From contig CAISJJ010000019.1 in NCBI GenBank assembly GCA_903885595.1, positions 8,697 through 72,696 on the forward strand: 64,000 nt of DNA, given 5' to 3'. The notes under the pieces were generated by a model. That model saw only the letters and a list, made by a program, of their open reading frames with translations, did not search any database and was not told the origin of the DNA. A program made the translations under genes and the position numbers. Shown here piece after piece: positions 1 to 9,528 of the stretch (positions within the stretch are counted from its first letter, which is position 1; every line of letters begins with the position of its first letter). Origin of the DNA: an uncultured Bacteroidales bacterium (lineage in GTDB: Bacteria; Bacteroidota; Bacteroidia; Bacteroidales; FEN-979).

Positions 1-487
1 GGTAATCCACATATACCATATTCCCGACATCCGTGCTGTCGCTTCCATATTGTTTTTGCCAGATGATATTTCCATTGGAATCAAACCTGGCCACGATGAT
101 ATCTTCCTTTCCAAAATTCTTCTCACCGAACACCCCGTTTGTACAACCGGTTACAAAAACATTTCCGGATGGGTCCAACGTTACCCAGTTGATGATATCA
201 TCTTCGGTTGTTCCAAATTGTTTAGTCCAGATCGCATTTCCCGTGCTGTCGAATTTGGAGACAAATCCATCTGTTTTGCCAAATGACTGACCGGCAAGAA
301 TCCCTTTCGTATTGCCAGCGATGAAGACATTCCCGCATTTATCAGCTACAGGGTTAAAGGCAACGCCATCCTTATCTGAACCAAATTGTTTTCCGTAGAT
401 AAAATTGGTTTGTGAATCAACACAATTTGCTACACACGCCAACAGGAATAACATAAATATCCCTTTGATTCTAATTGAATTTTTCAT
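1..487 (-). CDS. SBBP-type beta-propeller repeat protein, N-terminal part (gene continues beyond the left edge)
   Basis: Absent from the ORF track because no stop lies inside the window. My reverse-complement translation from the ATG at 487-485 gives MKNSIRIKGIFMLFLLACVANCVDSQTNFIYGKQFGSDKDGVAFNPVADKCGNVFIAGNTKGILAGQSFGKTDGFVSKFDSTGNAIWTKQFGTTEDD... This is a signal peptide followed by repeated G-N-x-F-(I/V)-x-G-x-T...G-x-x-D-x-(F/I)-V-x-(K/R)-F-D-S-x-G-N-x-I-W-x-K-Q-(F/Y)-G units, as in SBBP (PF06739) repeats. The frame stays open to position 1. Confidence 0.7.
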   Translation of the reverse strand, partial: MKNSIRIKGIFMLFLLACVANCVDSQTNFIYGKQFGSDKDGVAFNPVADKCGNVFIAGNTKGILAGQSFGKTDGFVSKFDSTGNAIWTKQFGTTEDDIINWVTLDPSGNVFVTGCTNGVFGEKNFGKEDIIVARFDSNGNIIWQKQYGSDSTDVGNMVYVDY

Positions 488-597
488 TGTTATGTCTCTA
501 TATTGTATTTCAAATTGGATGGAAAATTAATTCCGGTGCAAATAAAGCGGAAAAATGCTGTTTTCCTTTAATTTCCTCAACTTGTGTCGGGGGCAGT

Positions 598-1710
598 TCA
601 ATAATTTTCAACATATTGTTTCAGCTTGTCCAGGAAATCAGGCACGAAATCATTGAACCTCTTGTACTTATTGCGGTTATTGGCATAATCCTTTATTAGA
701 TCAAGTATAAACTCATTGTATATGTATCCCTGTTGTTTTTCGCCAAGGATAACCATTTGAGCAAACTCATCATATCGATTTTTAATCAAAAAGTAAGCTG
801 TTAAACTCCTCAGGAAGGACTCGCATAAAAAAGAAACCTTTGATGGATCCGCGGTGGAATATTTAAATGGAATCAGGTCAATTTGTTCAGTGAAATTATC
901 CATGACCGGATTTAAGAAGGCATGACCAAGCTCATGTGCTGCGCCATAATAGATATAATCCTTTGCCGCCATTTTCCCTTCTCCCAGGATAGTTGTATCG
1001 CTATTCCCTAATTCGGCATCATGACCGGCAACAAATTTTGGCGATAGAAAAAAGATGCAACTTGATTTACCATTGTCTGCATACCAGTAAGCGTGAATAT
1101 CCTGTTCAAGCAATGTAATGATGAAGGTATAATTATCCTTTTTTGCTCCCCAGAATTTTTCATAATCCCTGATCATTTCAAGGCCTGAAATTTCTCCCGC
1201 AACCACGTCAATCTTCTGATGATAATATTCCCGGTGATTTTCAACGAACAGATCAAACCGGGTAACCCCTGCAAAGGTGACAACTGCATTCCTGAGACTG
1301 TCAAGTATCATTGATTTATTCATCAATGTGTTTGGCAAACCAAAACTATCGAGTTGCAGGAACTTCATATATGAAGTATCACTTTTGAAATTCCTGTCGA
1401 AAAACAACCCGTTTATCGATAAATGAGCATGATAATTCTGCAGAACTTTTTTTACGAATTGAACGGATTGGTCCTTCTTAAATGAAGCAAAATAGGTGTT
1501 TATATCAGATTTATACTTGAAATCAAGATTATTCAGGTAATTTGAATTGGCCAGGTATGCCATGATGTGGAACAACTCAAGTTCAGAATTAATCTCAACT
1601 TTAATTCCTTTTGCTTCAACTCCGAAGTTCTTGAATTCACCTGCTTTAGAATATCCGGCTGATAAAATCACTCCAAATCCAATCATCGCAAATAATACTC
1701 TGCTTTTCAT
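598..1710 (-). CDS. Secreted HExxH metallopeptidase-like protein (DUF4932-like)
   Basis: 370-aa ORF with signal peptide MKSRVLFAMIGFGVILSAGYSKA. It has a zinc-binding HELGH motif in YYGAAHELGHAFLNP. Size and layout resemble the DUF4932 family (assigned from memory, not searched). Confidence 0.8.
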   Translation of the reverse strand: MKSRVLFAMIGFGVILSAGYSKAGEFKNFGVEAKGIKVEINSELELFHIMAYLANSNYLNNLDFKYKSDINTYFASFKKDQSVQFVKKVLQNYHAHLSINGLFFDRNFKSDTSYMKFLQLDSFGLPNTLMNKSMILDSLRNAVVTFAGVTRFDLFVENHREYYHQKIDVVAGEISGLEMIRDYEKFWGAKKDNYTFIITLLEQDIHAYWYADNGKSSCIFFLSPKFVAGHDAELGNSDTTILGEGKMAAKDYIYYGAAHELGHAFLNPVMDNFTEQIDLIPFKYSTADPSKVSFLCESFLRSLTAYFLIKNRYDEFAQMVILGEKQQGYIYNEFILDLIKDYANNRNKYKRFNDFVPDFLDKLKQYVENY

Positions 1711-1737
1711 GAGTTAATAATTTGTTTTTAATGGTCA

Positions 1738-1800
1738 CATGGAATACCCATATTATCATTCACGGTTTGCATTAGCGAAGTTAGTAGGGGTATTTCATAA
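1738..1800 (-). repeat. Copy A of a conserved inverted-repeat element in the 5' region of a minus-strand gene
   Basis: The plus strand reads catggaatacccatattatcattcacggtttgcattagcgaagttagtaggggtatttcataa. It aligns with copies at 26638-26705 and 63331-63397. The arms are aatacccatat (1743-1753) and gtaggggtatt (1784-1794), with 9 of 11 positions pairable. The shared core is attcacggtttgc. It begins about 25 nt upstream of the ATG at 1710. Confidence 0.6.
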
Positions 1801-1929
1801 TTCATAATTTATTTCGGGCCGCACTGTCTTTTTTTACATTACCGCGAACTCAAAATATCCGCTAACAGCTAAATCACGAATGATCTTTATTTTTGCTCAG
1901 TTTGATTAGTGCCTCCTTTGTCCGGACAC

Positions 1930-3045
1930 TTAAGCACCTTTGCAACATCCGATGGATTTTGACCGGTATTCGATGGGAGTGAGGTTGGTAAACAATTTGA
2001 ACTGGTTGTTGAAGGCCGACTTGGAGTTGAACCCCACCTGGTAAAGGATTTCAAGGATAGTCAGGTTCCTGTATTTAGAATCGGCAAGGATCTGCATGCT
2101 CTCCCTGATGCGGTACTCCAGGATAAAGCTTTTAAAATTCTTCTTATGCGCTTCATTGATTATCTGCGATAGGATCCTGGGGTTTACCGAGATTTCACCG
2201 GCAAGCGTTTCGAGGGTAATGTCGGGGTTGAGGAAGGGTTTATGGGATTCCATGTAGGAATTCAGCTTCTGCAGGTACTCCAGTTTATCAGGTTCGGTGA
2301 GTTTGTTGCTTTTATACTTGGCAATGATGTAATAGACATCGGGTTTTAAAAGGAGCACAAACATGACGGTGTTGATGAACAGGAAAACGACCAGGGCGTA
2401 AATGCTGGCGGTATAGGCGCACCATCCGGGTTTTTTGACAATCATATAAATGGCGAAGGAATTTAAATTCACCATCCACACCAGGACGAAGCCCGCCAGG
2501 AGGACCTGTAGCCAGGTGTTGCGGGAGGAGATCAGGATATTCCTGTAAAACCCGCTGAAGCTGATGGTGGTTGATTTCATGCTGACCAGGGTGAGCACGA
2601 TGTAGATAAAATTCTGTGCCAGGATCAGGATTGTGTCAACCAGGTCGGCAGGTGACTCCCAGATGATAAACTGGCTGATGTTCCTGTAAAAAACCATGAG
2701 GACAAGCAAGGAGCAGGTAAATGGCAAAAAGTGTGCTGAAAACCGGTAGTGGAATACTTCCTTTCTTTTTAAAAATGCATTGACATAGAAGTAAATCAGC
2801 GGTCCGATCAGAAACGAACTCTGCCTCACCATGAAAAGTGGTTTATGCCAATACGCGAAATATTGCCAGGCAAATGAACTTGTTGCAAATGAATAGAAGA
2901 TCTGCAGGTTGAAGATCAGCAGGAGGGCCGCCAGGATCTTATTTTCAGGGATGTACCCTTTTTTATTGACGAAGAAGAACAATGACAGGATCATCGTGAT
3001 GAAAATGCTGGCGATGGTCAGAATGGTGAAAAAGTTCAAGGTCAT
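1930..3045 (-). CDS. Membrane-embedded AraC/XylS-family transcriptional regulator
   Basis: The N-terminal ~230 aa form multiple hydrophobic helices. The C-terminal ~100 aa carry the AraC HTH signature (...SQIINEAHKKNFKSFILEYRIRES...LEILYQVGFNSKSAFNNQFKLFTNLTPIEYR). Confidence 0.85.
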   Translation of the reverse strand: MTLNFFTILTIASIFITMILSLFFFVNKKGYIPENKILAALLLIFNLQIFYSFATSSFAWQYFAYWHKPLFMVRQSSFLIGPLIYFYVNAFLKRKEVFHYRFSAHFLPFTCSLLVLMVFYRNISQFIIWESPADLVDTILILAQNFIYIVLTLVSMKSTTISFSGFYRNILISSRNTWLQVLLAGFVLVWMVNLNSFAIYMIVKKPGWCAYTASIYALVVFLFINTVMFVLLLKPDVYYIIAKYKSNKLTEPDKLEYLQKLNSYMESHKPFLNPDITLETLAGEISVNPRILSQIINEAHKKNFKSFILEYRIRESMQILADSKYRNLTILEILYQVGFNSKSAFNNQFKLFTNLTPIEYRSKSIGCCKGA

Positions 3046-3067
3046 AACGGCGCACTATTATTCGAAG

Positions 3068-3075
3068 CAAATCTA
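3068..3075 (-). promoter_or_regulatory. Bacteroidota -7 promoter box TAGATTTG (TAnnTTTG)
   Basis: The reverse complement of caaatcta is TAGATTTG. It lies 23 nt upstream of the ATG at 3045. Confidence 0.4.
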
Positions 3076-3155
3076 AATGGCCCTTGCATAGAAAAGAAAT
3101 CAAATCGGTCAATCCCTGAAAACTTTCGTTAAGTAGTGCAAATCAGGGATCCTCA

Positions 3156-4181
3156 TCACTTTTTTATTGATTTCACCACGAGCAGGCTGATGAGTCCCAG
3201 CAAAATCAGCCCGGAAAGGATAAATGCCCATACATTGATAACCCTTGACCCGACTTCCATGGTATAATCCTCCAGCAGGAAAGCCATCGGGAAGAGATCC
3301 CAGGAAACCTGGTTGCCACTGAGCGCCGTGGAATTGGTACCTGTGATCAGGCCGGGCATCACGGCTTCCACCTGGAATCCTTCCATAGTAAAAAAATGGT
3401 CGATGAACCTTGTTTTCTCCAGGAATTCCCGGAACAGCAGGGGCTGCAGTTCCTTAAGGCGGTCGGCGGCGCGGTTGCCTGTCCAGGTACGGTAGGCATC
3501 GATCAGTTCCCCTTCATAACTGAACTTCGAATTCGTAAGGAAGACCCTGATGCTGTCGTGGTATTCCGGAACCCTTTTCGCGTCCAGTCGTGGATCATTC
3601 AACTTCAGTATCCCTTCGGTGAGGATCTTTTCGGCCTCTGCGGCGGCTGATTCAAGCAGGTATGCCATCGTCTTGTTTTCGGCAGCCTTGCTTTTTATGC
3701 TGTCGGATGGGCTTAGTATCGCACGCCCGCGGATAAGCCAGCGCAGATCCTCCGGCGTCAGATGGTCTTTAAAAGGAAGTGTGGTGAAGGGATTGGCAGC
3801 GGAGTAAACCTCTTTGTATTCTATATAAGAATAAAAGAACCCGAACCTTTTCCTGATGTCGATATGGCGCACCAATTGCTTTTTCCAGCTTGTATCGAGG
3901 CTTATCTCTGCCTGCAGTTCTTCGCAATTCTTGTAGTGTTTCGTATAAGTTACGATAAACTTTCCTTTGCCGGCGGTGTCCTCTTTCGATGTCATCACCC
4001 AGTGGGTATCGAGAGGGTAGGGGAGATCCTTTTTGAAGGCTTCGGCCGAATCGCCGGAAATGGTGATCATGCGTGTAAAGGAGCCGTCAGTGTTCACAAT
4101 GGTTCTGACAGTGATCTCCCTGCAGGCGCTTAAGGTCGAGATCAAAACGACCAGTCCGAAAACCAGGTGTCGTGTTTTCAT
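3156..4181 (-). CDS. Lipoprotein with C-terminal membrane anchor, unknown function (third gene of the ECF sigma operon)
   Basis: It has the lipobox LISTLSAC and a C-terminal hydrophobic helix VWAFILSGLILLGLISLLVV. Its start overlaps the stop of the anti-sigma gene by 4 nt (4178-4181). Confidence 0.7.
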   Translation of the reverse strand: MKTRHLVFGLVVLISTLSACREITVRTIVNTDGSFTRMITISGDSAEAFKKDLPYPLDTHWVMTSKEDTAGKGKFIVTYTKHYKNCEELQAEISLDTSWKKQLVRHIDIRKRFGFFYSYIEYKEVYSAANPFTTLPFKDHLTPEDLRWLIRGRAILSPSDSIKSKAAENKTMAYLLESAAAEAEKILTEGILKLNDPRLDAKRVPEYHDSIRVFLTNSKFSYEGELIDAYRTWTGNRAADRLKELQPLLFREFLEKTRFIDHFFTMEGFQVEAVMPGLITGTNSTALSGNQVSWDLFPMAFLLEDYTMEVGSRVINVWAFILSGLILLGLISLLVVKSIKK

Positions 4182-4714
4182 TTTTTATTTCTTTTTTCCA
4201 ATCGGTTTTTACTAAATGAAAAGAATATGGAGGTTCTTCCCTTTTTCGCAGACAGGATTCTCTCTATCTCAGAAAAGGAGATTCCGGCTTCGCTGATATT
4301 TATTGTTGAAGTTTTTTGAAGGAAGTCTGAATAACGGGGATCTGATTTAATCTCAGCACATTGTTTTTCCAATACACTGATTTTTCTGACCAGGCCGTAC
4401 TGCTCGTATCCGAATAAAAGAAAAAGAACGACCGAAGCGGCGGCAAGCAGGCGCGTAAGGAGCAGCGGGACGACGAATGTTTTCTCCGGGCCCTTCTCTA
4501 TCGCTGCCATGATGTTACCTGTGAGCCCACCAGGGTCACGGAGCTCAGGTTCAGAACGGCGGAGCTGGTTCATAACCTCGCGGGCTTTAAGGGCATCCCA
4601 ATATGCCTGGCTGCACGAGGAGCAGGTGTCAATATGTTCCCTGAGGCCGGCATCTGCCGGAACCTCTTCAAATATCATCCTGTCAAGGATTTCGATGGCA
4701 TCAGTGCAAGTCAT
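4178..4714 (-). CDS. Anti-sigma factor, zf-HC2 type, single-pass membrane protein
   Basis: It has the H-x3-C-x2-C motif (HIDTCSSC) near the N-terminus and one central TM helix (VVPLLLTRLLAAASVVLFLLF). It overlaps both neighbouring genes by 4 nt. Confidence 0.75.
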   Translation of the reverse strand: MTCTDAIEILDRMIFEEVPADAGLREHIDTCSSCSQAYWDALKAREVMNQLRRSEPELRDPGGLTGNIMAAIEKGPEKTFVVPLLLTRLLAAASVVLFLLFGYEQYGLVRKISVLEKQCAEIKSDPRYSDFLQKTSTINISEAGISFSEIERILSAKKGRTSIFFSFSKNRLEKRNKK

Positions 4715-5283
4715 TTTATGGTCCTTTCTTTTTCCAGTATCCTTAATAGTTGCTCCCTTACGCTTTTCCGTGCATGGTACAGGTTGCTTTTCACAGCGTC
4801 GCCTGTCAGTTCCGTGATCGCCTCAACCTCTTCCGACGACCTGCCTTCGACATCGCGGAGGATAAAAACGATCTTCTGTTTACCAGGAAGGTTTCCTGCA
4901 AGCCCTGTGATCAGCAGGGCCAGGTCATGGTTGTCGGCCGGGGTTCCCTGGTCGCACTGCTGCATGGCCGGGAGTATTTGTGAGACCAGGTCGATCGGGA
5001 CCAGTACATGCCGGTGCATTATCCGCAGCCGGTCGGCCGAGGTGTTCGCCACGATCCGGTACATCCATGGCATGAACTCCCTGGAGGAGTCAAAAGAACC
5101 GATCTTTTGCCAGATCTTGATGAAACATTCCTGGGCAGCATCTCTCGCCTCTTCTTCATTGCCGAGAATCCTGAATGCGAGCCGGTATACAGGTTGCTGG
5201 TACAACTCCACCAGTTTTTTGAAGGCCTTGTGATCCCCGTTCCTGATACACACGATAATTTCCTGAAGATTCCCCGGCATCAT
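4711..5283 (-). CDS. ECF-type RNA polymerase sigma-70 family factor
   Basis: It has a region 2 signature (FKKLVELYQQPVYRLAFRILGNEEEARDAAQECFIKIWQKIGSFD...PWMYRIVANTSADRLR). It also has a region 4 HTH (LPGKQKIVFILRDVEGRSSEEVEAITELTGDAVKSNLYHARKSVRE). Confidence 0.9.
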   Translation of the reverse strand: MMPGNLQEIIVCIRNGDHKAFKKLVELYQQPVYRLAFRILGNEEEARDAAQECFIKIWQKIGSFDSSREFMPWMYRIVANTSADRLRIMHRHVLVPIDLVSQILPAMQQCDQGTPADNHDLALLITGLAGNLPGKQKIVFILRDVEGRSSEEVEAITELTGDAVKSNLYHARKSVREQLLRILEKERTIK

Positions 5284-5396
5284 GTTATGTGTTGCGTATG
5301 ATTTATATACGGTGAAATTAAGAAAAAGTAAAATGATTGAGCATAATCATTACTGTATTGCAGCTCAATGGGTTTGTCATATTTGCCCCAAACCCT

Positions 5397-5895
5397 TCAG
5401 GGCTGTATCATCAGGACCTCAAACCCCTTCCCCTTCAGATAGTCGAACAGGTAGTCGTTTTCGAAATGGCGGCGGATTGCCCCGAGATTGTCAAACTTCT
5501 TTTTCCGATAACGCATGGTCAGCCCCGAAAGGTATAAATCTTTCTGAATATCTGCGTCGAGATAATACCGTATATTCCTCAGCTTTTATCTGAATTTCAG
5601 GGATTTGCAGTTCTCCGAATATCTTTTTCCGGTAATTCTCCTAAGCCAGCAGGGGGATGTTGAGAACCGCCACGCCGGGCTTCAGTCCAAGCGCATCCTG
5701 CAGAACCCATAATGGAAATGTGTCGTTGTCGCCGGCAGTGAGGATGATGGCGTCATCGTCGAGGATCTCCGCCCGTCCTTTCCCCAGTTCGTAAGCCTTG
5801 AAACGATCCGTTTCATAATCAGGATAGTCGACGGAGCTGTTGTACAGTTTTATGTAGATTGATTCGTAGGTGCCCGGCATCGCTTTTTGGACCAT
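5397..5895 (-). pseudogene. Decayed gene fragment with a DUF2723-like segment
   Basis: The 84-aa ORF (5641-5895) contains ...DDDAIILTAGDNDTFPLWVLQDALGLKPGVAVLNIPLLA. This resembles the GDNDTFPLWY...V.NLSLL segment of DUF2723 proteins (from memory). It ends at an in-frame TAG, after which the same frame stays open for 49 more codons (ENYRKKIFGELQIPEIQIKAEEYTV...). A second frame then carries 58 protein-like codons (...YYLDADIQKDLYLSGLTMRYRKKKFDNLGAIRRHFENDYLFDYLKGKGFEVLMIQP, stop at 5397-5399). There is no membrane N-terminal part upstream. Confidence 0.4.
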
Positions 5896-6154
5896 GCTGA
5901 CAATATATCTTGCCAGTGGCTTTTTTATGAGCTGCTTTCATTAAGTGGCAAGGACCATTACGGGGAGGCTGTCTGACATTTTTTCCATTTTGTACAACCA
6001 ATAAACATTACGATTTCGTAAGATGATTTTCAAAATCGCGTATGTTTTCATATCAAAAACGTCTCTCTTTTATTGTTAAATCACAGATAATTAATTGATT
6101 AAATATGTGGCATCTTTTTTGCAGACTAAAAAAACCCATTGAGTCTGTACAGGT

Positions 6155-8836
6155 ATGAAAAAATTGTCTCCCGGATTATTTGCCGTATTCATGATATTAT
6201 TGATGGTTGGAGCACATGCGCAAATAAACAGATTGGATTATTTCGATTTCAGGACCAACCACATGCCGCACGCCACTCCGCCAGGATTAAAATTGAATTA
6301 CGTACCGGATGAGATTAAAAACAGGAATTCCTTCCGCAGGCTTGAATGGTTTTACGGTCCGAGGCTGAATGAAACCGGCGTTTTTCCGAAAGAATTTATT
6401 GATGAGCAGAGGGAGAGCGAGTATTCAAAGCTGAAATCGCAGGCTGATAATGTAAATACTTTATACCGGTGGACAAATTTAGGTCCAGTCGGGGTTGATA
6501 TGTCAGCCACTGAAGTTCCGCACTGGGGTATTATCAGCGGAAGGGCAAGAGGCCTGGCCATACATCCGTCAAATCCTGATATCGTTTATATCGCGGCTGC
6601 TTCAGGAGGCATCTGGAAAACCACTGACGGCGGTCAGAGCTGGACTGACAAGAGTAGTGATTTGAACATGATTGCTTTTGGCTCCATAGCAATCGATCAG
6701 GCCAATCCCGATATAATTTATGCCGGAACAGGCGAAGCGGCCTGGTTAATGCCTTATAATATGTATAGCGGTGACGGACTCTATAAGTCTGTCGATGCCG
6801 GTGAGCACTGGACAAGGATTAATTCGGAACTTGGACCGGAAACCCATTTTTCCGAAATTGTCGTCTCTCCGCACGACCCGAATGTCTTAATGGCAGCCCT
6901 CGATACAAGCTCTCAGAATCCTTATCCGAATCAGGGAATCTGGCGAAGCATAAATGCAGGAGTAAACTGGACGCGTGTTGTGAATATCTCCGGGGCTTTT
7001 GACCTTGCATTCCATCCCGTCAACCCGAACCTGGTTTATGCGGCAACGGGAAACAAGCAGCAGGCCGGAGGCTTCCTGATATCCACCGACGGTGGAAACA
7101 CGTTCAGTCAGAGCAACTCAGGACTTCCTCCATATACTTCCATGGGAAGGCTGCAGTTTGATATCTCGCAGTCAGATCCTTCGGTACTTTACTGCCTCGT
7201 GCACGACTATGTTCCTGTTGCAGCCGGCATGAATACATGTGCCTATAAATCGGTCAACGGCGGGGCTTCGTGGTTCCAGATCTCCCCGGGTGTAAACATC
7301 GCCGGCAGTTACGACGGAACTACAGCATTCGACCAGGGAGAATATGACCTTTGCTTAGCTGTCAATCCATCAAACCCTGATCATGTTCTCATCGGGAATG
7401 TTGAACTATCAAGGTCTGCAGACGGCTCTTCAATTTCATTCGTGAGAAAGCCTGACGGTCCGACGAAAGGCACAACTGCACTGGATAGTTATCTGCACCT
7501 GGATGTTCATACGATAAAATTTGCTCCAACAAATCCTTTGGTAAGTTACGCCGGCTGCGACGGAGGTATCTATAAGTCGGTGAACGGCGGGCAAACTTTT
7601 TCACCTGTAAACAGCGGTATTAATTCAATTCAGCTTTACACCCTTGCATCACATCCTTCTGATCCTGATATACTTTACGGCGGATCACAGGACAACGGTG
7701 GTTTCAGGACTGCAAACCGCGGAGCAACTCCCTGGGTTGATAAAGTAACAGGAGATGGAGTGAATTGTTTTATCGATTATTCAAACCCGGATGTTGTTTT
7801 TATTGCAACAAACTTCGGAACACTCAGCAGAAGCACGGACGGAGGCGCTACCTGGACTGAAATCGTCCCTCAGAACATGGACTCAACAGCTTTTCGAGCC
7901 CAGTACTGGCAAAACCCCGTAAATCCAAACTTCATTTACGGAGCGTACAAACGCAGGATCTATAAGTCGACCGACAAGGGTGATACCTGGTTTTATACAA
8001 CTTCAGCTCCAATTACCAATGTCGAAATATCTGCTGTTGCCCAGTCAAAAGTCAGTCCCGGCAATATGATTCTTATTACCAGGGACATTCCCGCCAGCAT
8101 TTACAGATCAATGGATGAAGGCTTTACCTGGACCGATATAACCGCAAACCTTGATTTTCCAGCAGCAAGCCTGATGAACATTCAGGCAGACCCTTCTGAT
8201 GGACACACATTCTACCTTTTACGAGGTTCCTATACAACTGGCCAGGTATTGAAAACAACCGACTTTGGCGACAGCTGGACCGACATCAGTTCAGACCTGC
8301 CCAAAGTTCCTGCAGATGTTATTTTTGCAGACACTTCAAGCGCCGGCGTTATATTCCTTGGCAACGATTTCGGAGTGTACAGAACCACAAACGGTGGCGG
8401 CAGCTGGTCAAGACTGGGTAACGGTTTTCCTTTTGTTCCTGTGATAGAATTCAGTTGTTTCAATCACAATGGAACAAGACTTCTGAGAGCTGCCACATAC
8501 GGCAGGGGCGTTTTTGAGCTTGACTTGAACCAGTCTTTATCAGTTAGCGATCCAACAGGAATCATTCCGACTGAATATGGACTAAGCCAAAACTATCCGA
8601 ATCCGTTTAATACTGCAACAAAAATTGATATCAGGCTTCCTTTTGATTCAAGGATAACGCTGAAGGTTTTTGACTTCACGGGAAAGGAAGTTGCGCGGTT
8701 AATAAACAACGATTTTATGCATGCGGGGCATCATCACGTTACATTCGATGGAAGCAGCCTGCCGGGCGGTTTATATTTCTATCAATTGACAATGGAAAAA
8801 TATTCGGCTGGTAAAAAACTGACATTGATCCGTTAA
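6155..8836 (+). CDS. Secreted BNR/Asp-box double beta-propeller protein (GH74/sortilin-like fold) with T9SS C-terminal sorting domain
   Basis: It has a signal peptide (LLMVGAHAQ) and about 12 Asp-box motifs of the S-x-D-x-G-x-(T/S)-W type (TTDGGQSWTD, SVDAGEHWTR, SINAGVNWTR, STDGGATWTE, TTDFGDSWTD, TTNGGGSWSR...). The C-terminal ~80 aa form a type A T9SS CTD (YGLSQNYPNPFNTATKIDIRLP...GGLYFYQLTMEKYSAGKKLTLIR). Confidence 0.9.
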   Translation: MKKLSPGLFAVFMILLMVGAHAQINRLDYFDFRTNHMPHATPPGLKLNYVPDEIKNRNSFRRLEWFYGPRLNETGVFPKEFIDEQRESEYSKLKSQADNVNTLYRWTNLGPVGVDMSATEVPHWGIISGRARGLAIHPSNPDIVYIAAASGGIWKTTDGGQSWTDKSSDLNMIAFGSIAIDQANPDIIYAGTGEAAWLMPYNMYSGDGLYKSVDAGEHWTRINSELGPETHFSEIVVSPHDPNVLMAALDTSSQNPYPNQGIWRSINAGVNWTRVVNISGAFDLAFHPVNPNLVYAATGNKQQAGGFLISTDGGNTFSQSNSGLPPYTSMGRLQFDISQSDPSVLYCLVHDYVPVAAGMNTCAYKSVNGGASWFQISPGVNIAGSYDGTTAFDQGEYDLCLAVNPSNPDHVLIGNVELSRSADGSSISFVRKPDGPTKGTTALDSYLHLDVHTIKFAPTNPLVSYAGCDGGIYKSVNGGQTFSPVNSGINSIQLYTLASHPSDPDILYGGSQDNGGFRTANRGATPWVDKVTGDGVNCFIDYSNPDVVFIATNFGTLSRSTDGGATWTEIVPQNMDSTAFRAQYWQNPVNPNFIYGAYKRRIYKSTDKGDTWFYTTSAPITNVEISAVAQSKVSPGNMILITRDIPASIYRSMDEGFTWTDITANLDFPAASLMNIQADPSDGHTFYLLRGSYTTGQVLKTTDFGDSWTDISSDLPKVPADVIFADTSSAGVIFLGNDFGVYRTTNGGGSWSRLGNGFPFVPVIEFSCFNHNGTRLLRAATYGRGVFELDLNQSLSVSDPTGIIPTEYGLSQNYPNPFNTATKIDIRLPFDSRITLKVFDFTGKEVARLINNDFMHAGHHHVTFDGSSLPGGLYFYQLTMEKYSAGKKLTLIR

Positions 8837-8919
8837 GGAAAAGCGTCTTGCTCTGCCTCCTGAAACGTTTGCCTGAAATATCAGATCTCATTATTACACA
8901 TTCAAAATAGAATTTCAGC

Positions 8920-9528
8920 ATGAAGAAAAAAATAATCCTGACCATTCTGTCGTCTCTCCTTCTAATAGCGGCGTGTAAAAAAAGCAGTTCTACTGATGAG
9001 AACAGCACGCCCGACAAGATAGCCCTTTCGCAAAACTATGTGCCTTACGGGACCGAAAAATCTTTGAGGATTTGCTATATGCTGAACACATGGGAGTTCA
9101 TGAAGGAAGGACTTAAATTGCAGGCCATTTTGGTTTATGACCTTGAAACCAAAGCCGGGCTCGACACCATCCTGCAGGCCGATCTTCCGAAGATCTGGAA
9201 AGCTCCTCTCCCTTCGAGTCCTGAATATGCCTCCGACAATATCGCCCGTTACTATCTTTCCTTACAGGTGCCGATTCCGCTTAGCCAGTCTGTACCTTCA
9301 AGCCTGATGCATCGGTTCATACTTACGGATACCACAACAGGGGGAACAGTGACCATCGACGGCGGTATCGTGCCGGTTAGAAAAAGTGATATTCCCCGTA
9401 TGATCGCCCCACCCGTAAAGGGAGATTACTATTTGTTTCACAACCAGTCGACGAAAGGTTATCGTTTCCGTTCAGTAAAAGCAAACGGAAACTGCATTTT
9501 AAACATTATGAATGTTTCTCCTGTATGA
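8920..9528 (+). CDS. Lipoprotein of unknown function (possibly a truncated peptidase N-terminal region)
   Basis: It has the lipobox LLLIAAC followed by KKSSS. The tail ...MIAPPVKGDYYLFHNQSTKGYRFRS recalls the region that precedes the catalytic domain in some M23 peptidases (weak, from memory), but no HxxxD or HxH motif follows. Its stop overlaps the next start by 4 nt. Confidence 0.55.
   Translation: MKKKIILTILSSLLLIAACKKSSSTDENSTPDKIALSQNYVPYGTEKSLRICYMLNTWEFMKEGLKLQAILVYDLETKAGLDTILQADLPKIWKAPLPSSPEYASDNIARYYLSLQVPIPLSQSVPSSLMHRFILTDTTTGGTVTIDGGIVPVRKSDIPRMIAPPVKGDYYLFHNQSTKGYRFRSVKANGNCILNIMNVSPV

Noticed and set aside
4634-5233. 199-aa plus-strand ORF; also 50871-51467 (198 aa) and 49352-49840 (162 aa)
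   Set aside because: Each is antisense to a gene or pseudogene with clear family motifs (sigma-70 regions 2 and 4, or rSAM core). None has a recognisable motif of its own.
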